64,000 nt of DNA from Candidatus Delongbacteria bacterium. Its GTDB lineage: Bacteria > CAIWAD01. Positions 57,866-64,000 of the stretch are shown here, one piece after another. The stretch spans positions 3,232,001 to 3,296,000 of the forward strand of contig OY760505.1 in the NCBI GenBank assembly GCA_963663545.1, in the 5' to 3' direction. Position 1 is the stretch's first letter. Each line of letters starts with the position of its first letter. The notes beneath the pieces were generated by a model. The model saw nothing but the letters and a program-made list of their open reading frames with translations. It made no database searches and was not told the origin of the DNA. The position numbers and the translations under genes are program-made.

Positions 57866-60800
57866 ATGCAGCGGGCCATCTATATCGTAAGTGCACAGGC
57901 GGGAATTCCCGATCTACTGCGCGGAGTGCTGCGACACAACGGCTGGCACGGTCAGTTGCATCATCTCAGCTCGCTGGCTGGCCTTCCTTTGGACCGTCCC
58001 GTGCAAGTGCTGGTAGATTCCGGGCGCGAGGGGCTTGGACCGGCGGAAGTGCAGGAATTGCAGCGCTTGAGCGTGCGCTTCTCGGTCACCGTGCTAGGAG
58101 AAGCTCCTGCAGGTAGTGGCCTGAGCGTGTTGGCCTGGCGTGACCTCAGCCAACTCTACACACTGCTGGCTCTGGAAGAGGGCCCCGGCCTGGCAAAGGC
58201 CTCCGCAGGTGAAGAGCGCTTTCCCTATTTCGTTGTGCATCCCGCTGAGCTTCTGATCGAAATGGATCCTCAGGCACGTATCACCTTCATTCGCGGCGAC
58301 AGCCTGAATCTGCTGGGATACACGCCGGAGGAGCTGATCGGGGTCAGTGCCTATGAGATGGTACCGGATGAAGAGCGTGATACATTTCGCGAGATCCTGG
58401 TTCAGATTCTGCAGGACCATCGCGAGATACAGGCCGCCATGATCACTCTGCGCAGCCGCAGCGGCAACGATGTGCACATGCTGGCGCGTGGTATTCCCGT
58501 TTTCGATGACGAGCGGCAGCTCATTGGAATTCGAGCGCGACTGCGTGATCTGGGGCGAAACGAGTACTACCAGATCAACCGCCAGCTGCGCGATAAAATG
58601 TTTGAGCTGTTGCGCAAAGTATCACGCATCATGAGCAGTGGCGGTTCCATTGAGGACCGCTTACGCCGTGTGCTGGCGCACGCAGGTCAGAGTTTGGGTT
58701 TGGCGCGTACCTGGCTCATGGTGCATAATCAAGGTGACACAGGCTTTTCGAGCGAGAATCAGAATGCACTGCTGGAGGAGTGGCACCGCGTGCACCTGTC
58801 GCCGATCAGACTTGGAGGCGAGATTCCTCCGGTGTGCAGAAACAACCTGGACAAGCTGCTGAACGAGATGCATCCGCGTATCACGCGCCGGGGCGAGTGC
58901 AACGAGCTGGAAGCCCAGATTCTGGATCACCTGAAACTGGGTAGCATGTACTGCACGCCGCTGCAATCAAGGGATCACAGCATTGCCGGACTGCTTGGTT
59001 TTGGTGAGGACTCCGGCAATCTGACCTGGGACCGTGAGACACAACAGGTCGTGCAGTTGATGGCCGAGATACTCTTCAGTTCCTACGAACAGGAGCGTAC
59101 GCGACAGCGTTACGATCTGCTGGAGCAGGTGCACAGCGACATGACCGAGAACATCGGTATTGGCTTGATGCGAACCCTGGGCGATGGCACGCTGGTGATG
59201 GCCAATCACGCACTGGCTCAGATGTTCGGCTTCGATCACGACAATGTGCTAGGGCTCAACGCCAAGGACTTCTACTATGACATCACGCTGCGCGACAAGC
59301 TACTACAGGATCTGCGCGCCGGCGTGCGCGTTTCCGGACGACGTGTACAGGTGGTAGACAAGCAGGGACGCCCCTTTTGGTGTTCCATCTGGGTCCGCTA
59401 CTTCCGCGGTCCAGACGGTAGGGACTATCTGGATTCCGCCATCGTGGACATCGACCTCCTTCACCGCACCCAGTTGGCGCTGGCCCAGGAGCGCGATCTC
59501 TTCAACGCCATCCTGCAATCGGCTGGTGTGATGCTGTTGGTGCTGGACAAGAAACTCTGCATCCGTCATTTCAACCGTGCCTGCGAGGACATCCTGGGAA
59601 TCCATGCCGAGGAAGCGATCGGTCGCTGCTACGATGAAGTCTTCGAACCCCTGCGCAATGGGCTGCGCCTGCGTGAATTACGCGAAGCCTTCAGCCTGGG
59701 AAAAACAGTCCGCGATCAGTACTTGGACTGGCAGACGCCGCAAGGCGGTTTTGTGCGCATCGAGTACTCCATGAGCCCGCTTCTGGACGAGCAAAGCGCT
59801 CTGCGCTACATCATTGTCAGTGGTACCGATGTCACACGCCGCGAACAGGCGGAACAACAGCTCTTGTTGCGCGGTGAGGCTATGAACGCCGCCTTCAGCG
59901 CCATCATGTTGGTGGATAACAACGAGCACGTAGTCTGGGTCAATCGCGCCTGTGCCGAACTGACAGGCATTGCGCGCGATCAGCTGCTTGGGCGCTCGGC
60001 GGCCGATCTGCTGGAGCAGCCCAAAGGCTTTTTTCAGCAGGTGCGCGCCCATTTACGTCGCTCGCCAGGTTGGCGTCGCGAGCTTGTGATACGCCGTCCC
60101 GACGGCAAGGTGAATCAAGAGGAAGTGCTGATCTCGGCTGTGGAGGGCGCGCGCGGGGAGCTCACGCACTTCGTTATCATTCGCCAGGAAATCAGCCAGC
60201 GCATACAAGCTGAGGCTGAACGCCGCACACGCTTGGCCCGTCTGCTGGAAGAAGACCGTCAGCGCACACTGCTGACGCTGCTCACAGGCGTGACACACGA
60301 GATCAACAACCCCAACAATTTCATCATGCTCAGCTCGCCGCTGCTGAAGGAAATCTGGCAGAGCGTGCTACCGCTACTGGATGAGCAGTTGAAGGATGAT
60401 CCCGACTACGAGGTCGCCGGTTTGCGTTGGCAGGAAGTACGAGGCGAATTGCCTGAGTTGCTGGACAGCATCGGCCAGGGCTCGGATCGTATTCGCAGTA
60501 TCACGACCAACCTCAATCAGTATGTGCATGAGGCACCCACCGAGCAGGAACCAGTGCAGCTCAATCGCGTGGTGAGCGCGGCCGCCGAATTGCTATCGAC
60601 ACAGTTGCGCCGCCAGAGCAGCTTCCACATGAGCCTGGGCGACGACCTGCCTACGGTCAAGGGTATTGCTGTGCGTTTGCAACAGATGGTGATCAATCTG
60701 CTGCGCAACAGCCTGCTGGCCCTAGGTGATGGAGGCGGCAGTATCATCGTGCGCACATGGCAGGAGGGCGAAGAGCTGGTGCTGGAGGTCGAGGACAGCG

Positions 60801-60985
60801 GCTGCGGCATTCCACCCGAGAACCTCGACCGAGTTACCGACCCCTTCTTCACCACTTGGCGTCAGCACGGCTGCCAGGGGTTGGGGCTATCCATTGCCGA
60901 GCGCGTAGTGCACGAAAGCGGCGGTCGCCTACTGATCGAGTCTCCGGAGCGGAAGGGCACACGCGTGCGCGTCATTTTTTCCTGA
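57866..60985 (+). CDS. PAS/GAF sensor histidine kinase
   Basis: Multiple PAS domains; GAF; THEINNP; NLLRN; DSGCG; DPFFTT; GLGL. Confidence 0.88.
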   Translation: MQRAIYIVSAQAGIPDLLRGVLRHNGWHGQLHHLSSLAGLPLDRPVQVLVDSGREGLGPAEVQELQRLSVRFSVTVLGEAPAGSGLSVLAWRDLSQLYTLLALEEGPGLAKASAGEERFPYFVVHPAELLIEMDPQARITFIRGDSLNLLGYTPEELIGVSAYEMVPDEERDTFREILVQILQDHREIQAAMITLRSRSGNDVHMLARGIPVFDDERQLIGIRARLRDLGRNEYYQINRQLRDKMFELLRKVSRIMSSGGSIEDRLRRVLAHAGQSLGLARTWLMVHNQGDTGFSSENQNALLEEWHRVHLSPIRLGGEIPPVCRNNLDKLLNEMHPRITRRGECNELEAQILDHLKLGSMYCTPLQSRDHSIAGLLGFGEDSGNLTWDRETQQVVQLMAEILFSSYEQERTRQRYDLLEQVHSDMTENIGIGLMRTLGDGTLVMANHALAQMFGFDHDNVLGLNAKDFYYDITLRDKLLQDLRAGVRVSGRRVQVVDKQGRPFWCSIWVRYFRGPDGRDYLDSAIVDIDLLHRTQLALAQERDLFNAILQSAGVMLLVLDKKLCIRHFNRACEDILGIHAEEAIGRCYDEVFEPLRNGLRLRELREAFSLGKTVRDQYLDWQTPQGGFVRIEYSMSPLLDEQSALRYIIVSGTDVTRREQAEQQLLLRGEAMNAAFSAIMLVDNNEHVVWVNRACAELTGIARDQLLGRSAADLLEQPKGFFQQVRAHLRRSPGWRRELVIRRPDGKVNQEEVLISAVEGARGELTHFVIIRQEISQRIQAEAERRTRLARLLEEDRQRTLLTLLTGVTHEINNPNNFIMLSSPLLKEIWQSVLPLLDEQLKDDPDYEVAGLRWQEVRGELPELLDSIGQGSDRIRSITTNLNQYVHEAPTEQEPVQLNRVVSAAAELLSTQLRRQSSFHMSLGDDLPTVKGIAVRLQQMVINLLRNSLLALGDGGGSIIVRTWQEGEELVLEVEDSGCGIPPENLDRVTDPFFTTWRQHGCQGLGLSIAERVVHESGGRLLIESPERKGTRVRVIFS

Positions 60986-61109
60986 ATCATGGCGTATTCA
61001 CTCCTCCTTCTACTAAATAGCGCTGTTCGGTTAACCGATACCTAAGCTGCCTGCACTGACCACAGCGAAGCGCTCCCTTGCATGAATCTTTTTCAAGCTG
61101 AGCCGCCAC

Positions 61110-62318
61110 ATGCGTACACCGCATATTCTCATAGCTGATGATGAGACGCCGATTCGTCTGACGGTATCGCTCATCTTGAAGCGTAAAAGCTACCGCGTCA
61201 GCACTGCAGTTGATGGAAACGCAGCCCTGCAAGCTTTTCAACAGGCGCAGGAAGAGGGCAATCCCGTCGATCTGCTGATCACCGACATCTACATGCCTGG
61301 CATGGATGGCCTGGAACTCATCGACCGCATTCGTTCGCTGCGCAGCGACATGCCCATCATCGGCATCACCGCCTTTGGCAACAAAGAAGTCGTGGTGGAG
61401 TTGCTGCGCCGCAAGGTTAACGACTACATCGAAAAGCCGGTGGACGAAGAAGCCATCCTCACCTGCATTCAGCGTGTGCTGGATCGCCACCGCGAGCACG
61501 GGGAGCTGGAAGAGGAGCGTATCAGCAAGCGCGCGCACGACATGGCCCAGCGCGAAACCGAGAGCTTCCAGCGGCGTGTGTCGGAGATGCGCAGCCGCAT
61601 CGACAAGATGGTGGGCTCCTACCAGCGGCTGACGCGCCACGTTGAAGAAGAAGACCTGCTTTCCCACGAGCTGCGGCAGATGACCATGGAGGAGCTCGGC
61701 GGCGATTTCGTCGAGTTTCGCGCGGTTCAGGGCGGCTACCGCCTGGTGGTGGCCGATGTGGCCGGACACGATGTCGGTAGCACGTATCACACGATTCTGG
61801 TCAAGGCGGCTTTCGAGTCGCATTTGCGCACGAGCAGCGATCCGCTGCAGTTTCTGCGGGACCTGAACCAGCAGCTGGTGGAAGGCGGCGACAGTCGCAT
61901 GGTCACGGCGTGTTACGTCGACATCAGTCTGGAACGCCGAACCGCCAATGTCTACAACGCGGGCCACGTGCCGCCGCTGTTGCTCTCCCGACGTGACGAA
62001 CAGATACACGAGATCCATTCCAAAGGTGGCGTGCTGGGCGTCTTCGATATTCTGATGATCGAACCCTACGCCCAACGGCTGACCACCGGCGACCGGCTCT
62101 TTGTCTATTCCGACGGACTGCCGGGGCTCAAACGCCTGGACCCCGCTACGGGCCTTTACTCGCGTCTGGGACAAGTGGGGCTGACCAGCCTGCTGCGTCG
62201 TCACCGCAAGCTGCCTCTACCCGAAGCCGTCGACGCCACCTGGTCGGACCTGCAGGATTTCTGCTATCGGCGGCCGAACGACGACATGCTGCTCTTTGCC
62301 ATAGAAATGCCTGAATGA
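61110..62318 (+). CDS. Receiver + PP2C/SpoIIE phosphatase (RsbU/RsbP-like)
   Basis: ILIADDE, TDIYMP; GGDF, ADVAGH, NAGH, YSDGL, DDM. Confidence 0.9.
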   Translation: MRTPHILIADDETPIRLTVSLILKRKSYRVSTAVDGNAALQAFQQAQEEGNPVDLLITDIYMPGMDGLELIDRIRSLRSDMPIIGITAFGNKEVVVELLRRKVNDYIEKPVDEEAILTCIQRVLDRHREHGELEEERISKRAHDMAQRETESFQRRVSEMRSRIDKMVGSYQRLTRHVEEEDLLSHELRQMTMEELGGDFVEFRAVQGGYRLVVADVAGHDVGSTYHTILVKAAFESHLRTSSDPLQFLRDLNQQLVEGGDSRMVTACYVDISLERRTANVYNAGHVPPLLLSRRDEQIHEIHSKGGVLGVFDILMIEPYAQRLTTGDRLFVYSDGLPGLKRLDPATGLYSRLGQVGLTSLLRRHRKLPLPEAVDATWSDLQDFCYRRPNDDMLLFAIEMPE

Positions 62319-62329
62319 GGGGAGACGCT

Positions 62330-63073
62330 ATGTTCACCATGACCGAAGAAGCCCAATCGCTGATCCTCAAATTTGACTCCGACCCGCATCAGATCGACCG
62401 GGCGGTCCGCGAACTGCGCGCCTTTCTCGCTTCGCAGCACCTGGTGGCCGTTTCGGAAATGGTGCTGGTTACACGCGAACTGCTGGCCAACGCCATTGAG
62501 CACGGCAACCACAAGGACCCGAAGAAGGTGGTCCACTGCACCGTCAGCCAGGTCAACGACCTGCTGTATCGCATTGAAGTGGCCGACGAAGGCGAAGGCT
62601 TCGACACCAGTCTGGTGGCCAAGGCAACCATGGACGATCCCGGACGCGAACGCCAGCGCGGCTACGCCATCATCAACGCCATGACCGAGCTGGTGGAATT
62701 CAACGAGAAGGGCAACGTCATCACCGCCTACGTGGCGGTCTCGCGCAGCACCCGTTTTGAACTGAATACAGAAGGCGGCCGCGTGCTGGTGCGTCCCAAC
62801 GGCGACATCACCGCCGCCGTCGCCGATCGCCTGCGAGTGTTGCTGCTGGAGCAATACGAGGCCGGCTATCGCTGTTTCCACTTCGACATGGCGCGCGTGC
62901 AGGATATGGATTCGGTGTCGCTGTCCATCTTCGTCGTGCTGGCCAAGATGGTCTGCGACGAGCCCGGGCACGAGCTGGAATTGGCAAACACCAGTGAGGA
63001 TATACAGAACCTGTTCAGGATGACCCGCCTGAACGAGCGCTACACCATCAGCGGACAACGGGAGGATGCATGA
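62330..63073 (+). CDS. RsbW-like anti-sigma kinase fused to a STAS (anti-anti-sigma) domain
   Basis: ELLANAIEHGN, DEGEGFD, GYAII, FNEKGN; STAS GDIT..FDMARVQDMDSVSL..LFRMTRL. Confidence 0.85.
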   Translation: MFTMTEEAQSLILKFDSDPHQIDRAVRELRAFLASQHLVAVSEMVLVTRELLANAIEHGNHKDPKKVVHCTVSQVNDLLYRIEVADEGEGFDTSLVAKATMDDPGRERQRGYAIINAMTELVEFNEKGNVITAYVAVSRSTRFELNTEGGRVLVRPNGDITAAVADRLRVLLLEQYEAGYRCFHFDMARVQDMDSVSLSIFVVLAKMVCDEPGHELELANTSEDIQNLFRMTRLNERYTISGQREDA

Positions 63074-64000
63074 TGGAGTTTGATGCTTCCCTCGTCCAGG
63101 AATTTGTCGCCGAATCCCAGGAACACCTCGCGAGTATCGAGGAGGATTTTCTGGCCCTGGAACAGCAGGCGGACAATCCGGACAAGGAACTGATAGGCAA
63201 GGTCTTTCGCGCCATCCATTCCACCAAGGGAGCGGCGGGTTGCCTGGGCTTTACCCACATCGCCGAGCTCTCGCACGTTATGGAAACGCTGCTGGACATG
63301 ATGCGCGATGGCGAGATCAAGCCCGAAGCCTGCTATGTGGACGCGCTGCTGGCGGGCGTGGATCACCTGAACCGCATGCTGGCGGACATCGACAACAGCG
63401 GCGAAGTAGATACGGAGGAGATCAGCGAGACTCTGCGCAATCTCATTCAGAGCGGGGCCACCGACGAGACCCGCGTAGCCATGGCTACGCCGGTACCCTT
63501 GGCTGACAGCGAGGGCGTGGACCTGGGCTTTGTGCTTTCGCGCTTCCGCCTGGAGCGTATTCCTGATGAACTGCGCTTTCTCTATCTGCTGAGCTTTGAC
63601 TTGAATGAGCTGATGGCGGGCAACGGGCCTACGCCAGTGACCCTTAGTCGCGATCTGATTTCCGTCGGCCAGATTCTGGATGCCCGGCTCGATAGCCCTG
63701 CCGAGGATCTGCGTTCGCCGCTGGACAAACATCCGCTGCAGATCGATCTGCTATTGGCTACCGGACTGGCGCAGGATGCTGTTGCGCTGGTCACCGGACT
63801 TGCGCCAACGCAAATTTTACGTGTGACACGCGACGAAGTGCTGGCCCACGCGATGCAGCAGAGCGAGGCCGCCGAAGCCACACCGGCTCCCGCTCCCGCG
63901 AAGACCGCGGTCGCATCCAAGGCGGAAAAGGCCGCGGCGCCCGCTATGGAGCAGGCCGCCAAGCCAAAGCCGAAGGAAACTCCCGCTCCGGCCAAGTCCG
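63070..64000 (+). CDS. cheA: CheA-like chemotaxis histidine kinase (Hpt domain), runs off the window end
   Basis: Read from the sequence: MMEFDASLVQEFVAESQEHL..VFRAIHSTKGAAG..LSHVMETLLD; Pro/Ala-rich linker. Confidence 0.85.
   Translation, partial: MMEFDASLVQEFVAESQEHLASIEEDFLALEQQADNPDKELIGKVFRAIHSTKGAAGCLGFTHIAELSHVMETLLDMMRDGEIKPEACYVDALLAGVDHLNRMLADIDNSGEVDTEEISETLRNLIQSGATDETRVAMATPVPLADSEGVDLGFVLSRFRLERIPDELRFLYLLSFDLNELMAGNGPTPVTLSRDLISVGQILDARLDSPAEDLRSPLDKHPLQIDLLLATGLAQDAVALVTGLAPTQILRVTRDEVLAHAMQQSEAAEATPAPAPAKTAVASKAEKAAAPAMEQAAKPKPKETPAPAKS

Overview
Chromosomal window from a GC-rich Gram-negative bacterium. Many secreted proteins end in a 'PNPFNP' T9SS/FlgD-like tail, which suggests the FCB superphylum (inference). 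Layout: (1) 0-6.6 kb: a GT2 glycosyltransferase, two tRNA-Ser genes, a FIST sensor plus histidine kinase, and a GH16-like gene. (2) A beta-1,3-glucan (laminarin-type) utilisation system in two convergent halves (6.7-22.5 kb on +, 41-47.5 kb on -). It has GH17, three GH16s, a GH161-like phosphorylase, a GPH sugar transporter, two ROK repressors and four secreted proteins carrying 12 copies of one CBM-like module. A shared palindromic operator overlaps or directly follows three sigma70-type promoters. (3) Between the halves (23.2-~37 kb) is a decayed integron with an intI pseudogene, two near-identical attI platforms and mostly AT-rich cassettes. The cassettes are a dGTPase, a translationally coupled three-gene operon (DUF89/ARMT1-like phosphatase + 2TM/PLD-fold protein + HIT hydrolase), a secreted hypothetical, an amber-interrupted RCC1 protein, and a RelE/HigA-type TA pair whose toxin is disrupted. 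The three-gene operon is the best candidate for an undescribed anti-phage system. IS630, IS1595 and an attC-targeting IS1111 deletion derivative are also present. (4) 48-64 kb: a secreted protein, a spermidine-synthase-like membrane protein, PAS kinases, a serine hydrolase, a partner-switching module and the start of cheA. All family calls come from motif recognition by eye, not from database searches.
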